Positions 50,431 through 59,394 of a DNA stretch of 64,000 nt are shown in pieces. Under the pieces are notes generated by a model, which saw nothing but the letters and a program-made list of their open reading frames with translations, did no database searches and was not told where the DNA came from. The number at the start of each line of letters is the position of its first letter. The stretch's first letter is position 1. Origin of the DNA: Glycera tridactyla (lineage: Eukaryota); contig OZ286472.1 of NCBI GenBank assembly GCA_965644265.1, forward strand, positions 53,010,001-53,074,000. The letters are read 5' to 3'. Made by a program: the position numbers and the translations under genes.

Positions 50431-52239
50431 ATGGCTAGTAAAAAGAAAGTTGATCTGCGGGTGGCATCGCAACGTGAGATAGCCTCAGTGCCAGGGCTGA
50501 ATCATGATCTGGCAGCATCGGTGTTACAGTTGCGCGACCCTGAGGTGGGACTTGGTATAACCTTGGACGGGCTGAGGTGTATAAATGGGGCGGGCGATCT
50601 ATTTGACCGCCTATTGGAATGGGGTCTGATTGTTTTCGAGGGAGATGAAGAGGCAGATCATGACTCTGATGCCACAGTGGTGGATCTCAAGTCAGCAGTT
50701 GAGGCACTGCGGAAGGAGATGGGTGACCTGAAAAGGAGGTCCATTTCTCGCCATACTGTTGATCGGCTGGCCCCACAGGGAGTGTATCGTCGACCCAGGG
50801 ATGATGAGGATATGTGGGGGGAGGATTATTATGACAGGTCGGGGCGTGATGTTGAGAAACGCAGAGAGAGGGATGTTTCTCCAGTCCAACCTGCCTTCGA
50901 GTCCACTCCGGTGGACAGTTGGGATTATAGAGGGACTTCTCGGCCGAGCTCAGTTGACCCTCATGACCCACTGCATGACGGATGGAATCGAGGGTATGGT
51001 GGTAGAGACCATCAAGGGGATGGGCGACATGGGTACCATGGGGGGCATGATGAGGGGCCACGACACCCGGGATATCGTCAGGTCCCCCCACCCCCACCCT
51101 TCCCACAATATCCAATGCCTCCTTTCCCTCCCCACCAGAGTAATGGCTATCCCATGCGCGACCCCTACGCCGGTGGACGGCATCATAACGAGTGGGGAGA
51201 CTATATCCCAGCCATGCGTGATTACCCCCCTCGACCAAGGACCCCACCACCTATGATGGGAGTTGGTGATGCAGCTACATACGGCGGAAGAATATTGGGA
51301 CGCCCGGGATTGGCACCAGGCGGGGGGCCCCGCCAGTCCCCAAGGGGACCTCCACCACCAAAGATGCCAACTTACAATGGCAAGCAGGAGTGGAAGCCAT
51401 TCTTCATCCAATTCGAACGGATGGCGGCAAGATACGCCTGGGATGAAGTGGAGAAGCTTGACAAACTCGTGGAATCCCTGCGAGACAAAGCGCTGAAATT
51501 CTTCAGTGAACGGCCAGAAACAGATCAAGTAGATTACTACCAACTGGCGGCAAGGATGGCTGCACGTTTCGGGAAGAAGGATCTCCCACCAACTGTTCGT
51601 CGCCAGTTGCAGACGGCTCGACAGAACACCGAGGAGACCTTGGAAGAGTTCAGCGACCGGGTTCTTGAGCTGGCTACGGATGGCTACCCGGGGGCTCCGT
51701 CCTCTATGATCGAAACTTTGGCTGTTGATGCCTTCTTGAAGGGATGCACGGACAAGCATGCTGCACTCATCACCATGGACAAAAACCCATGTACCCTTGA
51801 CGGCGCTCTTGCTATGGTGAAGTCAGCCGTACACAACAAGTCGGCCCTACTCGGAAAACCCCAAGGAAAGATAGATGTTAAACAACTGTCATTCGTGGAT
51901 GAGTTGGAGAGTGAGGACGACTTCAGTGTGCGGGCCATCAACCGACCCTCTGTATCATTCTCACAGGGATCTCGGGTGTCCCGGGTGGACCGCCTGGAGA
52001 AAGGGCTTGCAGAGGTGGTAGAGACACAGAAAAAGCTCTTGGCCATGATGAGCGCATCAGGGTCGAATACCAGTCGTCCTGTTACCCAGCGGGCCGTGTC
52101 CCCGGGACGGGATCGGTGCTTTCGCTGTGACCAGCCGGGGCATTTCAGCCGAGACTGCCCACAGAGGGAAGGCTCACGGCCGGGCTCAAGGTCCCAATCT
52201 CCATCGCCCGTGGGAAGTCGCCCGGCACCCCCAAAATAG
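50431..52239 (+). CDS. gag: Gag (602 aa): N-terminal HhH-like domain, disordered linker, capsid-like domain, CCHC knuckle
   Basis: KMPTYNGKQEWKPFFIQFE capsid-type start; CFRCDQPGHFSRDC = CX2CX4HX4C. Confidence 0.93.
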   Translation: MASKKKVDLRVASQREIASVPGLNHDLAASVLQLRDPEVGLGITLDGLRCINGAGDLFDRLLEWGLIVFEGDEEADHDSDATVVDLKSAVEALRKEMGDLKRRSISRHTVDRLAPQGVYRRPRDDEDMWGEDYYDRSGRDVEKRRERDVSPVQPAFESTPVDSWDYRGTSRPSSVDPHDPLHDGWNRGYGGRDHQGDGRHGYHGGHDEGPRHPGYRQVPPPPPFPQYPMPPFPPHQSNGYPMRDPYAGGRHHNEWGDYIPAMRDYPPRPRTPPPMMGVGDAATYGGRILGRPGLAPGGGPRQSPRGPPPPKMPTYNGKQEWKPFFIQFERMAARYAWDEVEKLDKLVESLRDKALKFFSERPETDQVDYYQLAARMAARFGKKDLPPTVRRQLQTARQNTEETLEEFSDRVLELATDGYPGAPSSMIETLAVDAFLKGCTDKHAALITMDKNPCTLDGALAMVKSAVHNKSALLGKPQGKIDVKQLSFVDELESEDDFSVRAINRPSVSFSQGSRVSRVDRLEKGLAEVVETQKKLLAMMSASGSNTSRPVTQRAVSPGRDRCFRCDQPGHFSRDCPQREGSRPGSRSQSPSPVGSRPAPPK

Positions 52240-55200
52240 AAAGAGCTGCCTTTGTTGGCCACAGGACAGCTCGCAGGGACACTGGCCAAGATCACGATTT
52301 TAGTAATATTCTGGATCCGGCTGCGCTCGATCTGGAAAGGAAATGCACCAGCTCGGTGGGGACAAGTGACTCCTACGACTCGGCAGGGCTCAGTCAACAG
52401 AGTCAGATCACCAACCTCGTCATGGATTCAGCCGACTCGGCGGAGCTCAGTCATGCTGATTCTGATGATGACCGTGACGGACAGGTTACTGGACGGACAG
52501 ACGATGCAGTCATGCTCTACCAATCAGATTCGGCAGCGCTCAATCAGGATGGCATGGCAACGGCTGCATGTACTGCACAGACGGAAGACAGACCGGAGGT
52601 GCGGATACGGGAAGTGACATTGTTCGCCGACACACGGGGCCCCATGAAGAACTTAACCATTCCAGCGAAAGTAAATGGGACACCGGTCCCCGCGCTGGTG
52701 GACACGGCGGCCCAAGTGTCGGTCATCAGTGAAGAATTTGCGGCGACCGTGAAAGAGCCTCTGACCTTGACGGACCATTTATGGCTAAGGGGGGCCGGAA
52801 AAGGAAGCAGATTCCCGGCGAGACAGGCAGTCGGAACCCGCATTGACCTGGGGGATACCCTCTACCTGCATGATGTGGTGGTCGCTCCCATCAATGACCC
52901 TTTCATCCTGGGCCTGGACTTCATGCAAAAGCAAGCCATGAAAATAGACATGGCCAGCAACTCTATTCAGGTCGGGGGGGATACCCTTTCCACGCATATA
53001 ACAGACACATGTGCTGGCTCCGGGCGTGTCCGGGGCCTGACCTTGATCGGCGACGTAATTGTGCCACCAGGCTCGATGATCCATGGAACAGCTCGGATGG
53101 AGGGACCGTCAACGATTCCCAGCGCGATGGTGATCGATCCCAGGCCGGACATCGGAGGAATCATGATTCCACACCTCATGGTCAAAGGTCAGCCTGTGGT
53201 TTCCGTCCTCCTGATAAATCCCACGGATCAACGGGTCCATCTACAGGGTGGATTGAATCTGGGATCGGCAGAAGAGGCGGATAAGTTGCTGATCACAAAG
53301 ACACACATGGAAAGCGATAATTTGACACGGAGTGTGCGTCGCTTGGGAGCCGATCAACCAGGGGTTAGTAACCTGCCTGAGTTCCTGGAAGATCTAAGGA
53401 ACCGCTCGAGTAAGCACCTGTCAGAGGCTCAGTCGGCGGCGCTCACTGGCCTCCTCAAGGATTACACGGACGTGTTCGCCAGGGATGATATGGACTTGGG
53501 TCGGTTCACAGCGATCGAACACACTATTGACGTTGAAGGAGCGAAGCCAGTGCGCCAAGGGATGCGTCGCACACCTATCGGATTTGAGGCAGAGGAGAAG
53601 AAGCACCTGGAGGGCATGTTGGAGCGCGGAGTCATCCGACCGTCATCCTCAGGATGGGCATCTGCACCGGTCCTTGTACGAAAAAAATGCGGAGCAGTCC
53701 GATACTGCATCGACTTCCGGGCGCTGAACGCTGTCACCAAAAAAGATGCCTTCCCTTTGCCGCTAATTGAGTCATGCATGGATGCCTTGTCGGGGACCAA
53801 GTTTCTGAGCACATTGGATTTAGCGTCTGGCTACTGGCAGATCGAGTTAGCGGAAGAGGATAAGCCCAAGACTGCCTTCATCACTCGCTATGGCCTGTTC
53901 GAGCATGAACGCATGCCCTTTGGCCTTTGCAATGCACCGGCAACCTTCCAGAGGGCCATGCAGTTAGTCCTACATGGCATGCTATGGGAAGAATGTTTGG
54001 CCTACCTTGATGATGTCGTGGTGCTCGGTCAAGACTTCGGGGATCATCTGGAAAAACTCAAGCGAGTGATGGATCGGTTTCGAGAGTACAATTTGAAGTT
54101 GAAGCCCAAAAAGTGCGTGTTGTTCCAGAAAGAAGTACGCTTCCTAGGACATGTAGTGAGTGGCACTGGAGTGGCGGTGAATCCTGACAACGTCGAGTCT
54201 GTGAAGACCTGGCCGGAGCCGAAATCAGTAAAGGAGGTGGAGTCATTCCTGGGATTCATCAATTACCATCGGAACCATATCGCTCATCTGGCGGATCTGA
54301 CAGCTCCCCTAAATGAAGTGACCGGGTCTAAGGCCACCTTCAAATGGGGTCCAGAGCAACAGGAGGCATTTGAAAAGATCAGGGCCGCCATGATCAGCTC
54401 GGCAGTGCTCAGCTATCCCGACCCTGATCCCGAGTGTACCTTCATATTGGATACAGACGCCTCGGACCGAGGAGTAGGGGCCGAGTTGTCACAAATCCAA
54501 CGGGGATGTCCGAAGGTCATCTCATATGGTAGTCGGGTCCTGACCCCAACACAGCGACGCTACTGTACCACTCGCAAGGAACTCCTTGCAGTAGTTACCT
54601 TCACCAGACAGTATCGTCACTACCTTCTCGGACGTCACTTCATCGTTCGTACTGACCATCATAGTTTGACATGGCTACTGAGGTTCCGCAATCCTGAAGG
54701 CCAGCTTGCCAGATGGTTGGAGGAGCTTGGCCAGTACAGCATGGAGATAGTACACAGGCCGGGAAAGGACCACACCAATGCAGATGGACTTTCACGCATC
54801 CCAGACAACAACCTAAAATGTGACTGTTACTCCTCCGGTTCGGATCCCAAATTGTTACCATGTGGAGGTTGTAGCTACTGCCACCGAGCTCACAGCCAAT
54901 GGACGCGATTCGAGGAGGACGTGGATGATGTAATCCCCATTGCCATTCGGTCGGTGTCTCACACCCCAAACGACAATAAGACGGACGTGAAGCACGGTGG
55001 CCACATCAATTGGATGGAGACCTACACGCCGGCAGAACTATCCCGACTCCAACACGAAGATCCTGATCTCAGGGTGGTCCATGACTTTTTGAAGGAAACT
55101 TCAGTGGAGGAGACCCCAGAGATTTTCCTGAGTAGCCCTGCCGTCAAGCATTGGTGGCTAAACAAGGAGCAGCTGGATGTTAAGGAGGGTGTCCTCTACT

Positions 55201-56723
55201 ATAGATGGGAAAGTGATCATGGCCCAACTCTCCAGTTCCTGGTGCCTGAGTCACTGAAGCAGGAAGTGCTCAGTCTGTGTCATGACAGAAGGTCTGCTGG
55301 ACATCTCGGGGAGAAGAAGACACTTGCTCTTCTTCGTAACCGGGTGACCTGGTATGGAATGTCTAGGGACTCAAAGCTATTCTGTCGCAGTTGTGCAACC
55401 TGCAGCTTGAACAAAAAGGCAAACGTGAAGGCAAAGGCACAGTTGGGACAGTACCATGCAGGGGCACCCATGGAGCGGGTCCATATGGATATTCTAGGAC
55501 CACTAACACCATCTGCCAAGGGCAACCTCTACATCTTGGTTATAATATGCCAGTTCACCAAGTGGATAGAGGTATTTCCACTCCCTCGTCAAACTGCTGA
55601 GGACGTGGCCAGTGCAGCATTTGACGGATTCATCAGCCGGTTTGGTTGCCCTCTTCAAATCCACACTGATCAGGGAAAAAACTTTGATGGCAAACTGTTC
55701 CATGCTTTCTGCAAACTTCTCGAAGTCACCAAGACGCGTACCACGCCTTACCGGCCGGCAGCAAACGGTCAGGTCGAGCGGTACAACCGCCTCATTTTAC
55801 AGATGGTACGTTGTAACCTGGAGGGTGGACAGAAGAATTGGGATGAGCATCTTCCTTCCCTGGCCGGGGCAATCCGAGCCATGGAAAACAGGCAAACCGG
55901 GTTCACGCCGAATCTCATGATGCTAGGGAGAGAGGTACTCCAGCCAGTAGATTTGCTCTTTAGGCCTCCACCAGAGCAGGAAAAGAAGAAAACACCAGCA
56001 TCGTATGTATCTGAGCTCTGTGAAAGGCTCCGGAGAGCACATGAGCTAGCAAGAACAAATGTTCGAGCAGCCCAGCGAAGACAAAAAAGGGACTACGACG
56101 TTCGCCTCAAAGAACACACGTATGCCGTGGGAGATCTGGTGTACCAGCTGAACTCGGCTACCAGAATAGGACAAAGCAACAAGCTGAAACGACCCTGGAA
56201 GGGCCCCTTTCTGGTGACCGAAGTGCTCTCGCCGGTGGCATATCGAGTGAACAGCCGCCGGAAAACGCAGGTTGTGCACCACGATCGGCTTCGTCTTTGT
56301 GAGGACAGAGTGGTACCCTTCTGGACACGGAGGATGAGACACCAGTTGCTGGACCTGGACACCACCATCGGCTATGACGAGGCAGAGCGGGAGGAGGAGG
56401 ATGAAGACGATGAGTTGCCATTTGGTTTGGATGAACTGCTTGACCCGCTGCACAACACCCCTAGTCTGAACCCTGGCCCGGCGGAGCTAGGCCAGGGAAA
56501 GGAGGTTAGTGCAGTACCAGACCTACATGGTGAAAAAGAGGAGGCTCTGTCCGAAGGTGATGCACCGGAGCCTGGCCCGGCAGAGCTAGGCCAGGCTTCT
56601 CAGACTTATGACAAAAAGGTAGTTAAACCCCATTCTGCATGTGTAGATCCTCCCCTAGATCCCCTACCACGTCGACGGGTGCGAAGGCAACCCAAACGGC
56701 TGGAGGGGTTCATCCTTGACTAA
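52230..56723 (+). CDS. pol: Pol (protease, RT, RNase H, integrase), in the -1 frame relative to gag
   Basis: PR LVDTAAQVSVI; RT ERMPFGLCNAPATFQR and YLDDVVV; RH DTDASDRGVG and KELLAVV; IN H-H-C-C zinc finger plus D(MDILG), D(TDQG), E(VERYN), and a GPF motif. The frame is open from 52131; the start shown is the inferred shift site. Confidence 0.96.
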   Translation, partial: PKIERAAFVGHRTARRDTGQDHDFSNILDPAALDLERKCTSSVGTSDSYDSAGLSQQSQITNLVMDSADSAELSHADSDDDRDGQVTGRTDDAVMLYQSDSAALNQDGMATAACTAQTEDRPEVRIREVTLFADTRGPMKNLTIPAKVNGTPVPALVDTAAQVSVISEEFAATVKEPLTLTDHLWLRGAGKGSRFPARQAVGTRIDLGDTLYLHDVVVAPINDPFILGLDFMQKQAMKIDMASNSIQVGGDTLSTHITDTCAGSGRVRGLTLIGDVIVPPGSMIHGTARMEGPSTIPSAMVIDPRPDIGGIMIPHLMVKGQPVVSVLLINPTDQRVHLQGGLNLGSAEEADKLLITKTHMESDNLTRSVRRLGADQPGVSNLPEFLEDLRNRSSKHLSEAQSAALTGLLKDYTDVFARDDMDLGRFTAIEHTIDVEGAKPVRQGMRRTPIGFEAEEKKHLEGMLERGVIRPSSSGWASAPVLVRKKCGAVRYCIDFRALNAVTKKDAFPLPLIESCMDALSGTKFLSTLDLASGYWQIELAEEDKPKTAFITRYGLFEHERMPFGLCNAPATFQRAMQLVLHGMLWEECLAYLDDVVVLGQDFGDHLEKLKRVMDRFREYNLKLKPKKCVLFQKEVRFLGHVVSGTGVAVNPDNVESVKTWPEPKSVKEVESFLGFINYHRNHIAHLADLTAPLNEVTGSKATFKWGPEQQEAFEKIRAAMISSAVLSYPDPDPECTFILDTDASDRGVGAELSQIQRGCPKVISYGSRVLTPTQRRYCTTRKELLAVVTFTRQYRHYLLGRHFIVRTDHHSLTWLLRFRNPEGQLARWLEELGQYSMEIVHRPGKDHTNADGLSRIPDNNLKCDCYSSGSDPKLLPCGGCSYCHRAHSQWTRFEEDVDDVIPIAIRSVSHTPNDNKTDVKHGGHINWMETYTPAELSRLQHEDPDLRVVHDFLKETSVEETPEIFLSSPAVKHWWLNKEQLDVKEGVLYYRWESDHGPTLQFLVPESLKQEVLSLCHDRRSAGHLGEKKTLALLRNRVTWYGMSRDSKLFCRSCATCSLNKKANVKAKAQLGQYHAGAPMERVHMDILGPLTPSAKGNLYILVIICQFTKWIEVFPLPRQTAEDVASAAFDGFISRFGCPLQIHTDQGKNFDGKLFHAFCKLLEVTKTRTTPYRPAANGQVERYNRLILQMVRCNLEGGQKNWDEHLPSLAGAIRAMENRQTGFTPNLMMLGREVLQPVDLLFRPPPEQEKKKTPASYVSELCERLRRAHELARTNVRAAQRRQKRDYDVRLKEHTYAVGDLVYQLNSATRIGQSNKLKRPWKGPFLVTEVLSPVAYRVNSRRKTQVVHHDRLRLCEDRVVPFWTRRMRHQLLDLDTTIGYDEAEREEEDEDDELPFGLDELLDPLHNTPSLNPGPAELGQGKEVSAVPDLHGEKEEALSEGDAPEPGPAELGQASQTYDKKVVKPHSACVDPPLDPLPRRRVRRQPKRLEGFILD

Positions 56724-56833
56724 CCAGACACCCTAGCGGACAGTGAGGGGATTGCATGGATCCCCCTCAAACCTGGTTTTGACCAGCAATAACATAACAT
56801 TCTCTCTGCCCCACAGGTCAAAATAGTGGCAAG

Positions 56834-58327
56834 ATGGCTGAATACGAAGAACTCGTACTCGATTATGATGAGGAGGGTTTGGCACAGGAGGAGCCATATG
56901 TGCCACACTCCATACCCAGGGGGGCCACAAGGGGAAGGGGTTCTTGGTGTCCCCTGTGCCCTCATCGTTTCACTCATGTGAGGCGGCATGTTATATCCGA
57001 TCATCTACCCTGGTACACCTGCCCCTCGACAGCGTGTTGGATCTGTGGTCAGCAGGAACAACATGTCTCATTCGTTCTGAGGCACCTGTTGACTCATGAT
57101 CAGGCCTCTTCTGGGCAGTTCCAGTCCCAAAATGCTGGTGAGGAGTATGTCTACCTCATGAACGGGCTCCTGCACGAAATCGGCCAGGTAAATGGGTTGG
57201 CCGACATTCCCGCCCTCTTCGAGTATGTCCGGGGCCAGGAGAGCCTTCATCCCAAGTCAACCACCCCAATCAGATCCCTGGATGTGGAACTGATGGGGCT
57301 GTTCCTGTCAGTGAACAGGCAGGAAGCGCCACCTTCGTTCAGCTTGACGCCGCCGAACTCTCCAGCATGCCTGCTCCATTGGCGAGTATTGGCAAACTTG
57401 CTGGCAGAGCTCCCCCTCCATGAGCAACGGCGTCTGCGGGAACTTGGCGTCCGCAGAGACTATTGGGGTGAGGCCTTGCAGGCCCTGCCAGAGGTGGACC
57501 AGGTGTGGGCAGGGGAGGTTGTCGACGCCCACCTCCACTTAGATGCCTGGTGCAAGCGCACAGGATGCCAGAATTTGGGTGGAATCCTGGACCTCCCCGG
57601 TGTCGGACAATTTCCATTCCAGCTCGTAGGCGCAGTTTCCAATCTGTGCTGGCCAAGGTCCTGGCCGGGGGCTCAGGCGAGGGCTCGCCTCCTTGAAGAC
57701 AATCGGGTCCGACTGACATTTGGCATCCATCCCCGCATAGCTTCAGACCCTAGTGTGTCAGATGCCGCCTTGAGGGGTCACTTGGCTGCTCTCCGCACCA
57801 ATCTGAATGCTGACGGGGTTGTGGCCGTCGGAGAATGCGGACTCGACTATACCGCTTGCCCCGAGGGGAATACGGCAATGCGGCGGCGTCAGGAGGGGTG
57901 CTTCTTGCATCAAGTGCTCCTGGCAGAACCAAAAGACCTCCCCCTGGTGATTCATAGCCGGGATGGAGGTACGGGCTCAGCGGCAGAGCGGTGTCTGCAG
58001 TTACTGAAGTCAGTCCTGCCGCGTCACTATCCGGTGCATCGGCACTGCTTCACGGGGTCCCTCCAGGAGTACCAACAGTGGAAACATGCATTTCCGCGGT
58101 GCATTTTTAGCATCTCGCCCTTGGTCCTCCAGGATCCCGTCCTGTGCCAGGTAGTCCGGAGCATGGAGATCGGAAGTCTCGCTCTCGAGACTGACGCTCC
58201 CTACCTGGCTACATCATTTGCATCCCTGGGGGAAATTGCAGAGGTCATTGGCAGGGCACACAATATCCCATCCTCATTAGTTCTGAGGATCACCACCCAG
58301 ACAGTCCGAGCCTTTTACGGTCTGTAA
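56834..58327 (+). CDS. C2H2-zinc-finger/TatD-family nuclease fusion (497 aa), inside the retrotransposon
   Basis: VDAHLHLD, FGIHP, VGECGLDY, LPLVIHSR, HCFTG and LETDAPY are the ordered TatD metal-binding motifs. N-terminal C39-C42-H52-H57 and C68-C71-H84-H88. Kozak aagATGG; intronless. Confidence 0.93.
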   Translation: MAEYEELVLDYDEEGLAQEEPYVPHSIPRGATRGRGSWCPLCPHRFTHVRRHVISDHLPWYTCPSTACWICGQQEQHVSFVLRHLLTHDQASSGQFQSQNAGEEYVYLMNGLLHEIGQVNGLADIPALFEYVRGQESLHPKSTTPIRSLDVELMGLFLSVNRQEAPPSFSLTPPNSPACLLHWRVLANLLAELPLHEQRRLRELGVRRDYWGEALQALPEVDQVWAGEVVDAHLHLDAWCKRTGCQNLGGILDLPGVGQFPFQLVGAVSNLCWPRSWPGAQARARLLEDNRVRLTFGIHPRIASDPSVSDAALRGHLAALRTNLNADGVVAVGECGLDYTACPEGNTAMRRRQEGCFLHQVLLAEPKDLPLVIHSRDGGTGSAAERCLQLLKSVLPRHYPVHRHCFTGSLQEYQQWKHAFPRCIFSISPLVLQDPVLCQVVRSMEIGSLALETDAPYLATSFASLGEIAEVIGRAHNIPSSLVLRITTQTVRAFYGL

Positions 58328-58442
58328 GGAAGCTGCCAATGTATCAAGGGGGGCTGCTGGCCAGCTGTGGATTCATCTGGCTCCTATTTTTCGATCTGAC
58401 CAGGTAAGTTGGGGGCGAATGTGATGTGACTTCAATTCCTAG

Positions 58443-58969
58443 TCCGGCTGAGCTCGACTTAGGATCCACGTATGATCCATGCATTCTCCTTCATCCCTGG
58501 TAGCGCTTGAGAAGTCGAAGCCAGATAGGTTGGCCCCATAGTAGGAGTCCTAAGCGTTATTGTTGTCAGTCCGGCAGAGCTCGACTGGGGACACTAAGAC
58601 TTGCCAATTTGATCTGTCTCCCCTCCTCCGGCTGAGCTCGAGAAGTGGAAGCCAGAACTGTAAATAATTTATTGATCCTTGCCAATTCTTGCCATCGGCC
58701 TGTCCTTCCCTCCTCCGGCTGAGCTAGAGGGGTGGAATCCAGGCATGTATATATTTTAGCTAGCCTTGGATCAATTACGTTGGTCCACGGCAGCATATAT
58801 TCCCATGTAGTACATTTTGTCTCCCCTCTTCCGGCTGAGCTCGAAGTGTGGAAGTCCGAAATGTATATATTGTAATCTAGTTAAATTGTTTATGTGTTCC
58901 GTACCAGTTGCACTCGGTACGAGACCTCCTTCTAGTCTCTGACCCGTTTCCTCCTCCGGCTGAGCTCGA
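58443..58969 (+). repeat. Six dispersed copies of TCCGGCTGAGCTCGA in the retrotransposon 3' UTR
   Basis: Copies start at 58443, 58570, 58627, 58714, 58830 and 58955 (0-1 mismatch). The last four extend into ...GTGGAAG-like tails. Confidence 0.9.
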
Positions 58970-59142
58970 GGTATGGAAGTCAGAACTAGGATTATCGTTG
59001 TATTTATATCAACCAAGCCAAACTACCCTCCATTGAACCCTTTCATTAATCAACCTTAGCCCCAATCTACTAGTTCCCGGGGTCATTTTCAGGTACTGGG
59101 GGACCCTAGATCGGCTGTGCTGAACAGGGTCCCAATTTATAT

Positions 59143-59154
59143 GACGGGGAGGAG
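59143..59154 (+). promoter_or_regulatory. Polypurine tract
   Basis: GACGGGGAGGAG immediately upstream of the 3' LTR TG. Confidence 0.85.
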
Positions 59155-59357
59155 TGTGGTGCGCGCGCCGCCGCGAATCGGCGGCGGAACTAACGCCGGC
59201 GCCTGCGCAGCCGGAATCGATAGAGTTTGGCTCACGGCGTTCGCACTACAGCACGTCGTTAGTCTTGAGCCTGAGCTCAACTCCACCATCACACAACAAT
59301 CTGTGTATCTACTGATCCAAGTAAGTAGTAATCAGCATTATACAACCCAGCACAACA
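59155..59357 (+). repeat. 3' LTR (203 bp)
   Basis: Direct repeat of 48980-49182, preceded by a purine tract. Confidence 0.97.
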
Positions 59358-59394
59358 ATATCACTGAATGATATCCATACTCTGCTACCTTGAA

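Larger units (their letters stand above)
48980..59357 (+). mobile_element. Full-length Ty3/Gypsy LTR retrotransposon (10,378 bp) with gag, pol and an extra ZnF-TatD ORF
   Basis: TG...CA LTRs at 48980-49182 and 59155-59357; TSD ATAT at 48976-48979 and 59358-59361; PBS and PPT present; pol order PR-RT-RH-IN; all three ORFs uninterrupted. Confidence 0.97.

Noticed and set aside
50687-57955. Many antisense and alternate-frame ORFs (up to 269 aa) over gag, pol and ORF3
   Set aside because: Expected shadows of GC-rich coding sequence; no motifs.
56834-58327. ORF3 as env or as a host TATDN gene
   Set aside because: No signal peptide, furin site or TM anchor, so not env. It is intronless and lies between pol and the PPT within paired LTRs, so it is not an independent host locus.
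58443-58969. Repeat-spacer pattern as a CRISPR array
   Set aside because: Eukaryotic retrotransposon UTR; spacing is irregular (57-127 bp), the repeat core is only 15 bp, and there are no cas genes.
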